Positions 49,701-61,716 of a DNA stretch of 64,000 nucleotides are shown here, piece by piece; the stretch's first letter is position 1; each line of letters begins with the position of its first letter. The notes below the pieces were generated by a model that made no database searches, had not been told where the DNA came from, and saw nothing but the letters and a program-made list of their open reading frames with translations. Source of the stretch: Macrostomum lignano (Eukaryota); contig NIVC01001200.1 in the NCBI GenBank assembly GCA_002269645.1, positions 248,001 through 312,000 of the forward strand. The letters are read 5' to 3'. The position numbers were made by a program, and so were the translations under genes.

Positions 49701-52700
49701 CCCTGCTCAGCGACTGAGCACTGCCTGCCCTACAAGAGGTGAGTTGAGCTGCCGCGCACTTCTGACCGATTAGCCATGCCTACAGGGCCCTCAGCTCAGA
49801 GCGGTGGCTCAATTTTCTTAATTAAATGGAAGCATTGCTTTTGCGAGCCTTCATCGCCTGAGCCAGCATGCAGTGTCTTCCGCTGGGCTTCTGTAGGTGG
49901 AACTTTCCAATTTGAAAAAATGGGCCGCTTATTTACCAACCCTGACACAAACCTTTCCCCAACACAAACTCATTCCCTGACACAAACTCATTCCCTGACA
50001 TAAACTCGTTCCCCAACACAAACTCATTCCCTGACACAAACTCATTCCCTGACACAAACTCATTCCCTGACACAAACGCATTCCCTGACACAAACTCATT
50101 CCCTGACACAAACTCATTACCTGACACAAACTCATTCCCTGACACAAACGCATTCCCTGACACAAACTCATTCCCTGACACAAACTCATTCCCTGACACA
50201 AACTCATTCCCTGACACAAACGCATTCCCTGACACAAACTCATTCCCTGACACAAACTCATTACCTGACACAAACTCATTCCCTGACACAAACGCATTCC
50301 CTGACACAAACGCATTCCCTGACACAAACTCGCTCCCTGACACAAACTCATTCCCTGACACAAACTCATTCCCTGACACAAACTCATTCCCTGACACAAA
50401 CTCATTACCTGACACAAACTCATTCCCTGACACAAACGCATTCCCTGACACAAACGCATTCCCTGACACAAACTCATTCCCTGACACAAACTCATTCCCT
50501 GACACAAACGCATTCCCTGACACAAACTCATTCCCTGACACAAACTCATTCCCTGACACAAACTCATTCCCTGACACAAACTCATTCCCTGACACAAACT
50601 CATTACCTGACACAAACTCATTCCCTGACACAAACGCATTCCCTGACATAAACTCATTCCCCAACACAAACTCATTCCCTGACACAAACTCATTCCCTGA
50701 CACAAACGCATTCCCTGACATAAACTCATTCCCCAACACAAACTCATTCCCTGACACAAACTCATTCCCTGACATAAACTCATTCCCCAACACAAACTCA
50801 TTCCCTGACACAAGCCTCAGCACCTGTCACGCAGTCAAATGATTCTCAAGAGTCAGTCAATGAAATTTGACCAGTCAGGAACTGCCAAACCCACTTCAAC
50901 AACCAGGCAAGAGCAGAAGTCTGTAAGCCAGTCAGACCTGAATGAAGACATGCGGCTGACAAAAACTAGCAAAGTTTACCATAGAAACCGGTAATTCCAT
51001 CTGAACTAATTTGCTCTGACCAATCTGTGCTGGATTCCTCTCCCCACGCTAACCTCTCATTCATAATTGCACAATTTTCTTTAATTTTTACTCGGGCCAA
51101 GATATTCCAGGAAATGCATGCAGCAGTGTTTGAGCACATGTCCTACTGCCCATATATGCATGCCTAAACTGACTTGGTCAGGGTTTTACGACCTGCTCTC
51201 AACGTATTGACCGGGCTTGGGTGAATTTTTTTAACAAGGACTCGCGGCTGAAATGCAAGTTTTTTACTGTTTTCTCTTAGATTAGTTTCCGCTTCTTGGG
51301 CTGGGTGGGGCTGGCGCGCTGTGCTTAGAAATGCGCTGAGTTTGGCTGGCAGGGACTCGAGCCTTGGAATTGGGTTTGATTTGAGTGAGGCGGTGAGTAA
51401 GGCAGTGAGTAAGACAGTGACAGGCAGTGAGTGGGACAGCGAGTGAGATAGTGACAGGCAGTGAGTGAGTGAGACAGCAAGTGAGACAGCAAGTGAGACA
51501 GCAAGTGAGTCAGCAAGTGAGACAGCAAGTGAGACAGCAAGTGAGACAGCAAGTGAGACAGCAAGTGAGACAGCAAGTGAGACAGCAAATGAGTCAGTAA
51601 GTGAGACAGCAAGTGAAACAGCAAATGAGTCAGTAAGCAAGACAGCAAGTGAGACAGCAAGTGAGTCAGTAAGTGAGACAGTAAGTAAGGCCTGTGAATA
51701 AGGCTGTGGGTAAGAGGTTGAGTAAAACATAGAGTGAGGCAGTGGGTGAGGCAGTGAGAGAGGGGATGCGTTGAGCAGTTTGAAGACCCAGTTCAGGCTG
51801 GAGTTCTCAGCCCGGGCTCCGCAGGCCATCGGAGATGCCCCCCCCCCGACCCCAGGGCCATCATTCAAAGCTGATTAATTTCGCAGCTTATGGCACGAGC
51901 TCAGTTTCACAGGCGCCCCGCTCATCCCTGCCAGGGTTGTCTCAGATTTTCTCCGAGTCTGATGAATGCCCCGCCCAGGCTGAGCCCGCCGGGAGGGACA
52001 GGCAGGCAGGGGGAGAAAGGCTCGGGGAAGAAATTATCCCGAAAATATCCCCCCCGCTCGACATGGGAAATTGCGGCGCGAGGAAGTTCTTCCAATCTCC
52101 AGTTTATTAGAAATTATGCCCGGCCGCTTGCCCACTTTGGCCAGCCGTGATTGATGGCTGCGGCCTACCGGGCTTCCCGGCAGCAGCTGATTGATCCCCG
52201 CCGCCCGGGGAGATAAAAATCCCCGGCTCCAGCAATCTCAGACTTTGTGGCCTTTGCTGGGCAAAAATCTGCAGGTTTCTTCCGACCTGATTTTGCCTGT
52301 CTAACAGGTGTAGTCTTTCTAACAGGTGCAGATTGAGTCTGTCTAACAGGTGCAGATTGAGTCTGTCTAACAGGTGTAGTCTTTCTAACAGGTACAGATT
52401 GAGTCTGTCTAACAGGTACAGATTGAGTCTGTCTAACAGGTGCAGATTGAGTCTGTCTAACAGGTGTAGATTGAGTCTGTCTAACAGGTGCAGATTGAGT
52501 CTGTCTAACAGGTGTAGATTGAGTCTGTCTAACAGGTGCAGATTGAGTCTTTCTAACAGGTGTAGATTATGCCTGTCTAACAGGTGTAGATTATGCCTGT
52601 CTAACAGGTGTAGATTATGCCTGTCTAACAGGTATAGATTATGCCTGTCTAACAGGTGTAGATTATGTCTGTCTAACAGGTTCAGATTATGCCTGTCTAA

Positions 52701-55700
52701 CAGATGTAGATTATGCCTGTCTAACAGGTGCAGATTGAGTCTGTCTAACAGGTATAGCTTATGCCTGTCTAACAGGTGTAGATTATGCCTGTCTAACAGG
52801 TGTAGATTATGCCTGTCTAACAGGTGCAGATTGAGTCTGTCTAACAGGTATAGCTTATGCCTGTCTAACAGGTGTAGATTATGCCTGTCTAACAGGTATA
52901 GATTATGCCTGTCTAACAGGTATAGATTATGCCTGTCTAACAGGTGTAGATTATGCCTGTCTAACAGATGTAGATTATGTCTGTCTAACAGGTTCAGATT
53001 ATGCCTGTCTAACAGATGTAGATTATGCCTGTCTAACAGGTGTAGATTATGCCTGTCTAACAGGTTCAGATTATGCCTGTCTAACAGGTGCAGATTATGC
53101 CTGTCTAACAGGTGTAGATTATGCCTGTCTAACAGGTTCAGATTATGCCTGTCTAACAGGTGTAGATTATGCCTGTCTAACAGGTTCAGATTATGCCTGT
53201 CTAACAGGTGCAGGTTTTGCCTTAACAGGTATCAGACGGTGGCTAGGACACAGAAGCAGTGGCCATTGTTATTTCGGGGCCTTATCAACCCAAATGAGGT
53301 GAGCATTACCCACCCAGCAGCCAGACAGATGCAGGCCCGCCTACAGACCCTGGACGGGTTGTCTGCTCTGGGAGACTGGCAAAAATTATGCATAGATGAG
53401 GCCGCATCCCGCTTTGCTCTAGGCCAGGGAGATCCTGAACCATGATCTGGAAAGCCAGTTCTTCCTCAAATCCTCATTTTCCAGACGCGATTGGGCTGGC
53501 AGGTGCTTGATGTATATTTTTATTAACTCGATCTTATTTTAATGTTGACAAGAATTCTCAGCATCTCGCTTCAAAGTCATCTCGATTTCCTAGATATGGA
53601 CTGCGTAGTGCTTCCGATGGAACTCTAAAAAAGCAAAAAAAATCTACATTTTTACAGGTACCGATAGATTTCATGACGTCCAACTGTTTGACTCCATTGT
53701 CTCCAATGACGGACACTGAGTCAGTCAGGAACCCCGCCAGGAAGTCTGGGGATTTGGCAGGAGTCCGCGCTCCAGACTCTGGTTCAAGGCCTCCTTGGCC
53801 AGGCCCTGTAATTTACCCCCCCCCCCGAGACCGCATCGGGGTGTGCGCTCACATTGATTGATGAAGCCAGGCCTGATTAAGATCGGCCAGGAGTCTGTGA
53901 CGCATTTTGAGCAGCGCCGCATCGCCGGGTGAATATCGTCTGAGAGCAGTCGAACTTTGTTGTTCTTTGCTCCCAACGGGATAATTTTAGCCGACTCTGC
54001 TGACGCGCGGGGAGCAAGGGGGGAGTATTTTCCTCTGGGATTCAGAAATAGCTCTTCCCCTCGCCCCCTCTCCCGCCTCCACTTTCCTAAGGGCGGGGGC
54101 TGATCGATCAGCAGCATCATCATCGCTCTCAGGCATCCCCCGATCTATTTATAGAAGCCGAGAGTTCGGGCTATTTTCGGGCAGGGGTTGCGTCACTGCT
54201 TGCAGAAGAGAGAGGGGGGAATCCCGCCTAGGGCTGAGCTGCAGCTGGCAGAGCCGCCCCCGCTTATCCGACCCGGTTGAGCAGCTCCTGCGCTGCCAAA
54301 TTTCTGTCTTTTTTTATCTCAGCTGCCTGCTGCGCCTTTCCGCCTCCACTTGCTGTGCCGCAGCCAGTTTGAATAGTGAGCTGATAAGCAGCAGGTTGGG
54401 GGGGGTCTTATCTCCTAGCGCTGACCCCGCAGACAGACAGGCCCAGCTTGGAGACACCCGGCCCAGAGCTGGGGGTGCATTGTAGCTTCTCAGCCGAGCT
54501 GCTGCCACCTTCACCCCAACTCCCACTTCTCTTCAGTGCAGCTGACTTGGGATCTGGGAAAACCAGCAGCTGTCAGACTGGGAATCGATGGAGAGAAAAA
54601 TCCCGCCTCGGAAGGCGTCTCTTGCGGAAACGTTTGACAATTTGCAGCAGAATCTGACATGAACTGGCGCCATCGCTTTGAGTATCAGGGATGCACCACT
54701 GTGTGTTAAATAGAATGCCTTAGGCTCTCTAAGCGTCAGGCATGTAACACTCTCTGCGCCTTAGGAGTTGGCCCTCACGGGTGGGTGGAACTCCATTTTC
54801 AAATACTTTCTGCATCGCAACAACTCACTTTTGCACTGGCAGCATCATTTCTCAATGAAAGCGAACGCTTGCATCGGAGATGAGCCGAAAATCCCGGCAG
54901 AGATAAGCAGCAGGCTCAGACCGCCTGCCGTCTGTCAGGGGGAGGCGGGGGAGGCAACGCCAGCCTGGGGAGGCCAAGAGTAGCCTGTGTGACTGCGGCT
55001 CATTTGTACGGCCACCCAAAACCCCCTCAACTGCTTCCCCCCCAAAAAAAGCCGGCCTGGCAACAAATCAGCCAAGCGGAAGGCGGTGACACCAGCCAGA
55101 CTCCACTCTGCTCAGCTGCTCAGCTACCCCCCCCCCCCTCCTCCAGCCTGGCATTGGGGCGCGGTGGGCACCCAGTGGTAAAGGGCAGGGGATGACAAGC
55201 AGGCGGGCGGAACCAGAGCATAAAATAACAAGCGGCAGCCCGGCGCGCTACACCATCTTCATTCATCTTCAAGTCACTTGACGAATTTCCGCAGGGAGCC
55301 CCGCCAGGTGCTGCTGAGCCTCGACCCCGGTTGCAGCAGCTCCGGCAGCAGCAGCGCCAACGGCAGCAGCGGCGGAGGCCCCGGCCTCGGCTTCAACATT
55401 GTCGGCGGCCAGGACGGCGCCGGCGTCTTCGTGAGCGGCCTGCTGCCAGGCGGCATCGCCGAGCGCTCCCGACGACTGCGCCGCGGTGACCAGCTGCTGG
55501 CGGTGAACGGCGCCGACCTCTGCCGGGCCGGACACTGCGAAGCGGCCGCGGCTCTCAAATCGGCGGTCGCGGCGGCAGCAGCGGCAAGCAAAAGCGGCAA
55601 GGCGGGCGCGGTGCAGCTGCTGGTCGCCTACCGGCCAGAGGAGTTCACGCGGTTCCAAGCGCGGGTCCTGCGGGCCAAAGAGCTTCAGCAGCAACAGCAG

Positions 55701-57515
55701 GCAGCGGCCGCGGCGGCAGAGGCAATGCTCCCAACGGCTGATGCTGACGGTGACGCGGACGTCGGCACGGCGACGCTGAAGACAACGCAGAAGCGCAGCG
55801 TCTACGTCCGAGCTGAGTTCGACTTCGACCCGGCGCGCGAGTCCGGGCTGCCGAACCGCGGCATCGCCTTCCGGCGCGGCGACATCCTGCACGTCACCAA
55901 CGCCTCCGACGACGAGTGGTGGCAGGCGCGCCGAGTTGGCAACTCCGGCAGCCAGGCCAGCTTCGGCATCGTGCCGTCCAAGCGACGGGTTGAGCGGCGC
56001 GAGCGGGCAAAGCTGCGCAAAGTCAACTTCAACAACAGCCGCAGCGGCAGCGGCGGAGGCGGCTCGACCGAGACCAGCCTCGACGGCAGCAGCGGCGGCA
56101 GAGGCGGCGGCGGCTCGCTGGACCGCAGCTCCGCCAAGAAGAAGCCGTCATTGCTGCAGCGGCTGCACATCGGCCACCACCACCACCACCACCATCACCA
56201 CGACCACCAGTCCGGCCAGCAGCAGCGAAGCCTCCAGGAAGACGACGACGACTTGGTCTCGGCGGCCGCGACAGCTTCGGGTGGCTCCACCGAGGCCGGC
56301 AGCCAGCGAATTCCGTCCTACGAGCTGGTGCGGCAGACCAAGCCAACGGCCACCCGGCCAATCATTCTGCTGGGCCCGCTGCGCGACCAGCTTAACGACG
56401 CCCTGGCCAGCAACTACCCGGACCGGTTCGCCAGCTGCGTTCCGCACACCACCCGGGCGCCGCGGGAGGGCGAGGAGGACGGCCGGGACTACCACTTCGT
56501 GGCCAGCCGCGAGCAGATGGAGCGGGACATCGCCGGCCAGCAGTTCGTGGAGGCCGGCCGCTACAACGGCAATCTGTACGGCACCTCCGTCCAGAGTGTC
56601 CGGGCCGTGGCGGACAGCGGCCGGCACTGCATCCTGGACGTGTCCGGCCAGGCCATTCGGCGGCTGGAGGCGGCCGGCCTGCACCCTATTGTGATCTTCC
56701 TGCGGCCGCTGGCGCCAGAGAACATCGCGCAGCTGCGGCCGGAGGTCGGGCCAGAGCAGGCGGCCGCGCTGTTTGAGAAGGCCGGCAAGATCGAAGCAGA
56801 GTTCGGCAGCATGTTCACTGGTGAGGCCTCGCATGTCAGACAATGTGTCAGAAAAAATGTCAAGGAATTTGTGTCGAAAAAATGTGTCAAAAAAGACGAA
56901 TGTCAACGGTTTGTCAGACGAATGTCAGACGGTTCATCGAATGTCGGACGGTTCATCGAATGTGGGACGATGTGTCACACGAATTAATGTCGAATTTTGA
57001 ACGAATGTGTCAGACGAAGTGTCAGACGATGTGTCAGACGAATGTGTCAGACGATGTGTCAGACGAATGTGTCAGACGATGTGTCAGAAGAATGTGTCAG
57101 ACGATGTGTCAAGCGAATGTGTCAGACAAATGTGTTGGAATGCCAGAATGTCAGACTATGCATTCAAAATAATTTCAGACGATCTGTCCGTTAAAAACAT
57201 TTCGGATGTTGTGTCAGGTGAATATCTTGCGGTGTGTGGTGTGTCAGGAAAACCATAGTAATTTGCACCAGGCGGTGTCAGTAAAACCCAGTCAGCCAGT
57301 TTCAAATTATTTTATTCATGCAAAGCTGGGCGTGAACATTCAGATAGGAATTCACCCGGTCGCTCGCTTATCCCTGACCGACTCAAACCAAACCCGACCC
57401 TGCAGCCGCTGTCTCGGGCAGCACAGTGGAGGACCTGTTCGCCCAGGTCAGGCGCGTCATCGCCCAGCACTCCGACCAGATGGTGTGGGTCGCCTGCACC
57501 GACGACCAGCTGTGA
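37789..57515 (+). CDS. DLG1: Discs large (L27-PDZ1-PDZ2-PDZ3-SH3-HOOK-GK MAGUK), full-length isoform ~990 aa. Exons: 37789-37834 (tentative), 37972-38103, 38207-38343, 39661-40084, 40678-41034, 43467-43574, 47494-47623, 55295-56820, 57406-57515
   Basis: L27 ATRALELLEQY...[30 protein letters not shown]; PDZ1 GFGFSIAGG; PDZ2 [31 protein letters not shown]|EPRQV junction in phase 2; SH3 YVRAEFDFDPARESGLPNRGIAFRRGDILHVTNASDDEWWQARRV; GK VPHTTR...GRDYHFV...EAGRYNGNLYGTSV; C-terminus MVWVACTDDQL*. All phases are consistent. AATAAA at 57857 and 58128. Confidence 0.95.
38389..38562. repeat. Intronic 23-bp tandem repeat CAGGCTATTCAGTGACTGGATAR
   Basis: About 7.5 copies starting 45 nt after the donor at 38344. 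Confidence 0.95.
40190..40636. repeat. Intronic 13-bp tandem repeat GGACTCACCTCTC
   Basis: About 34 nearly identical copies between the PDZ1 and PDZ2 exons. Confidence 0.97.
41039..41899. repeat. Intronic 32-bp tandem repeat GTTGCTGACTCATCTGTATGTGCTCAGCTATG
   Basis: About 27 copies, beginning inside the donor site GTGAGT of the PDZ2 exon. Confidence 0.97.
42572..43174. repeat. Two adjacent related arrays: a 35-bp unit (~9 copies), then a 39-bp unit (~7.5 copies)
   Basis: The 35-mer contains the palindrome GGGTCAGCTGACCC; the 39-mer contains GGGTCAG-ccatctc-CTGACCC. Confidence 0.95.
43580..43910. repeat. Intronic 24-bp tandem repeat GACTGAGCTGCATGACCATACCCT
   Basis: About 14 copies starting at donor +6, decaying into shorter variants up to ~44100. 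Confidence 0.95.
44110..45062. repeat. Intronic 19-bp tandem repeat GCAGTCATGAGGTCACAAT
   Basis: About 50 near-perfect copies ending ~20 nt before the acceptor at 45081. Confidence 0.97.
45082..45173 (+). CDS. DLG1: Putative alternative terminal exon of Dlg (AGFQGPADGAPSSSKKSKGLGGLFGGGKKK*)
   Basis: Acceptor CCCTCCACCCGCAG, phase 1 matching the upstream donors at 41034 and 43574; GC-rich codon style; stop at 45171-45173; AATAAA at 45507-45512. Confidence 0.7.
46372..46594. repeat. 45-bp tandem repeat
   Basis: About 5 copies of GTAGGCATGTCAGGGTGACGGATGGCGTGCTGTCTTCAGGTTTGT. Confidence 0.95.
47635..48007. repeat. Diverged 21-bp intronic repeat CAGATGTGTGAATGAGGAATT
   Basis: Starts ~12 nt after the donor at 47624. 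Confidence 0.9.
48616..49115. repeat. Polypyrimidine (CT/CCT-rich) low-complexity tract, ~500 bp
   Basis: The + strand is almost entirely C/T. Confidence 0.95.
49942..50813. repeat. Intronic 18-bp tandem repeat CCTGACACAAACTCATTC
   Basis: About 48 copies. Confidence 0.97.
51400..51690. repeat. Intronic 12-bp repeat GTGAGACAGCAA
   Basis: About 20 diverged copies. Confidence 0.9.
52297..53228. repeat. Intronic 24-bp tandem repeat CTGTCTAACAGGTGTAGATTATGC
   Basis: About 39 copies with variants GTGCAG, GTATAG and GTTCAG. Confidence 0.97.
56832..57135. repeat. Diverged short-period repeat (ATGTGTCAGACGA core) in the last Dlg intron
   Basis: Begins ~10 nt after the donor at 56821. Confidence 0.85.
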
Positions 57516-58216
57516 TCTGCCGCGGTTCACTGCAGCGGAAGCCGACTCTTGCACAGTCGCGCCAGTCACTGAGCCGCCCATTTTACACGCTCAACAAATG
57601 TGCTTATCTGCTTAGCCAATGTTCTCAGTGACAGTTCTTAAGCGCCCGCGCCCAGTATTTGGAAGCCAGCCGGCACCCCCTGCTGTGCAGCCCCACCCCC
57701 CGGCAGTAGAAGGAAAAGAGGCTTTATTTCTTAGAAAAGGCTGGCTTCAGGCGAAAAATGCACTGCCGAGATGTACCTTGAACAGTATTGAACAGCCAAT
57801 GAAATTAATGATGCGGTGACACCTACTCGTGCAACATGAGCAGGAGTTGATTGAAGAATAAATTGAAAATACGATGCCTCGCACAAAAAAGCAATTCTTA
57901 TCTTGGAAGTGTACTTTGAGCGTCAAGCAGGCCTTCAAATCATGCTTTCTAAGAAATCTTTATATCCTTCTAACTGCGTATTCCTGGAGTCTCTATAAAT
58001 TGTATTCTCGCACCCGTTCTCAGATGGATCAGCAAAAGCCCGGCCGGCCTGAGCTCACTGAGTGAATTGAACTTCAAAATCTTGCTTTTGTCGCTGCCTG
58101 GAAGCGGCCATTCTAGCGATACGCCTCAATAAACCAAACTCAGTCTTGTACTCGGATTTTCAGATAAATCCCTTCGGTCCGCGGCATGCCTCTCAGTTAT
58201 TTGACGGCTAAAGGCC

Positions 58217-61200
58217 ACTGGGGAATATGGGGAGCCAGGGACAGATGAAGCAGGGGGATTCTGCATTGGGGAATATGGGGAGCATGGGACAGATGAAGCA
58301 GGGGGATTCTGCATTGGGGAATATGGGGAGCCAGGGACAGATGAAGCAGGGGGATTCTGCATTGGGGAATATGGGGAGCCAGGGACAGATGAAGCAGGGG
58401 GATTCTGCATTGGGGAATATGGGGAGCCAGGGACAGATGAAGCAGGGGGATTCTGCATTGGGGAATATGGGGAGCCAGGGACAGATGAAGCAGGGGGATT
58501 CTGCATTGGGAAATATGGGGAGCCAGGGACAGATGAAGCAGGATTCTGCACTGGGGAATTATGGGGAGCATGGGACAGATGAAGCAGGATTCTGCACTGG
58601 GGAATTATGGGGAGCATGGGACAGATGAAGCAGGATTCTGCATTGGGAAATATGGAGAGCATGGGACAGATGAAGCAGGATTCTGCATTGGGGAATATGG
58701 GGAGCATGGGACAGATGAAGCAGGGGGATTCTGCACTGGGGAATATGGGGAGCCAGGGACAGATGAAGCAGAGGGATTCTGCACTGGGGAATATGGGAGA
58801 GCCAGGGACAGATGAAGCAGAGGGATTTTGCACTGGGGAATATGGGAGAGCCAGGGACAGATGAAGCAGGATTCTGCACTGGGAAATATGGGGAGCATGG
58901 GACAGATGAAGCAGGGGGATTCTGCATTGGGGAATATGGGGAGCATGGGACAGATGAAACAGGATTCTGCACTGGGGAATATGGGGAGCCAGGGACAGAT
59001 GAAGCAGGGGGATTCTGCATTGGGGAATATGGGGAGCCAGGGACAGATGAAGCAGGGGGATTCTGCATTGGGGAATATGGGGAGCCAGGGACAGATGAAG
59101 CAGGGGATTCTGCATTGGGAAATATGGGGAGCCAGGGACAGATGAAGCAGGATTCTGCACTGGGGAATTATGGGGAGCATGGGACAGATGAAGCAGGATT
59201 CTGCACTGGGGAATTATGGGGAGCATGGGACAGATGAAGCAGGATTCTGCATTGGGAAATATGGAGAGCCAGGGACAGATGAAGCAGGGGGATTCTGCAC
59301 TGGGGAATATGGGGAGCATGGGACAGATGAAGCAGTGGGATTCTGCACTGGGGAATATGGGGAGCATGGGACAGATGAAGCAGAGGGATTCTGCATTGGG
59401 GAATATGGGGAGCATGGGACAGATGAAGCAGGATTCTGCACTGGGGAATATGGGGAGCCAGGGACAGATGAAGCAGGATTCTGCACTGGGGAATATGGGG
59501 AGCATGGGACAGATGAAGCAGGATTCTGCACTGGGGAATATGGGGAGCATGGGACAGATGAAGCAGGGGGATTCTGCATTGGGGAATATGGGGAGCATGG
59601 GACAGATGAAGCAGGGGGATTCTGCACTGGGGAATATGGGGAGCATGGGACAGATGAAGCAGGATTCTGCACTAGGAAATATGGGGAGCATGGGAAAGAT
59701 GAAGCAGGGGGATTCTGCACTGGGGAATATGGGGAGCATGTGACAGATGAAGCAGGGGGATTCTGCACTGGGGAATATGGGGAGCATGTGACAGATGAAG
59801 CAGGATTCTGCACTGGAGAATATGGAGAGCCAGGGACAGATGAAGCAGGATTCTGCACTGGGGAATATGGGGAGCATGGGACAGATGAAGCAGAGGGATT
59901 CTGCATTGGGGAACATGGGGAGCCAGGGACAGATGAAGCAGGATTCTGTACTGGGGAATATGGGGAGCATCGGACAGATGAAGCAGGGGGATTCTGCACT
60001 GGGGAATATGGGGAGCATGGGACAGATGAAGCAGGATTCTGCACTAGGAAATATGGGGAGCATGGGACAGATGAAGCAGGGGGATTCTGCACTGGGGAAT
60101 ATGGGGAGCCAGGGACAGATGAAGCAGAGGGATTTTGCACTGGGGAATATGGGAGAGCCAGGGACAGATAAAGCAGGATTCTGCACTGGGAAATATGGGG
60201 AGCATGGGACAGATGAAGCAGGGGGATTCTGCACTGGGGAATATGGGGAGCCAGGGACAGATGAAGCAGGGGATTCTGCACTGGGGAATATGGGGAGCCA
60301 GGGACAGATGAAGCAGGGGGATTCTGTATTGGGGAATATGGGGAGCATGGGACAGATGAAGCAGGATTCTGCACTGGGGAACATGGGGAGCCAGGGACAG
60401 ATGAAACAGGATTCTGCACTGGGGAACATGGGGAGCCAGGGACAGATGAAGCCGGATTCTGTACTGGGGAATATGGGGAGCATCGGACAGATGAAGCAGG
60501 ATTCTGCACTGGGGAACATGGGGAGCATGGGACAGATGAAGCAGGGGGATTCTGCACTGGGGAATATGGGGAGCCAGGGACAGATGAAGCAGGGGGATTC
60601 TGCACTGGGAAATATGGGGAGCATGGGACAGATGAAGCAGGATTCTGCATTGGGGAATATGGGGAGCATGGGACAGATGAAGCAGGGGGATTCTGCACTG
60701 GGGAATATGGGGAGCATGGGACAGATGAAGCAGGATTCTGCACTGGGGAACATGGGGAGCCAGGGACAGATGAAACAGGATTCTGCACTGGGGAACATGG
60801 GGAGCCAGGGACAGATGAAGCCGGATTCTGTACTGGGGAATATGGGGAGCATCGGACAGATGAAGCAGGATTCTGCACTGGGGAACATGGGGAGCATGGG
60901 ACAGATAAAGCAGGGGGATTCTGCACTGGGGAATATGGGGAGCATGGGACAGATGAAGCAGGATTCTGCACTGGGAAATATGGGGAGCATGGGACAGATG
61001 AAGCAGGATTCTGCATTGGGGAATATGGGGAGCATGGGACAGATGAAGCAGGGGGATTCTGCACTGGGGAATATGGGGAGCCAGGGACAGATGAAGCAGA
61101 GGGATTCTGCACTGGGGAATATGGGAGAGCCAGGGACAGATGAAGCAGAGGGATTTTGCACTGGGGAATATGGGAGAGCCAGGGACAGATGAAGCAGGAT

Positions 61201-61716
61201 TCTGCACTGGGGAATTATGGGGAGCATGGGACAGATGAAGCAGGATTCTGCACTGGGGAATTATGGGGAGCATGGGACAGATGAAGCAGGATTCTGCATT
61301 GGGAAATATGGAGAGCATGGGACAGATGAAGCAGGATTCTGCATTGGGGAATATGGGGAGCATGGGACAGATGAAGCAGGGGGATTCTGCACTGGGGAAT
61401 ATGGGGAGCCAGGGACAGATGAAGCAGGGGGATTCTGCACTGGGAAATATGGGGAGCATGGGACAGATGAAGCAGGATTCTGCATTGGGGAATATGGGGA
61501 GCATGGGACAGATGAAGCAGGGGGATTCTGCACTGGGGAATATGGGGAGCATGGGACAGATGAAGCAGGATTCTGCACTGGAGAATATGGGGAGCCAGGG
61601 ACAGATGAAGCAGGATTCTGCACTGGGGAATATGGGGAGCCAGGGACAGATGAAGCAGGATTCTGTACTGGGGAATATGGGGAGCCAGGGACAGATGAAG
61701 CAGGATTCTGCACTGG
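58217..61716. repeat. 3.5-kb G-rich minisatellite, 45-49-bp unit, between the convergent Dlg and Atg16 3' ends
   Basis: Roughly 75 copies of TGGGGAGC(CA/AT)GGGACAGATGAAGCAG(GGG)GATTCTGCAYTGGGGAATA; this is the source of the 1033, 632, 565 and 465 aa pseudo-ORFs. Confidence 0.97.

Noticed and set aside
49929-53445. Repetitive ORFs (MSLCQG, VSGNEF, LSNRCRL, SETA)
   Set aside because: Products of 18-, 12- and 24-bp intronic arrays, with no splice support in frame with Dlg.
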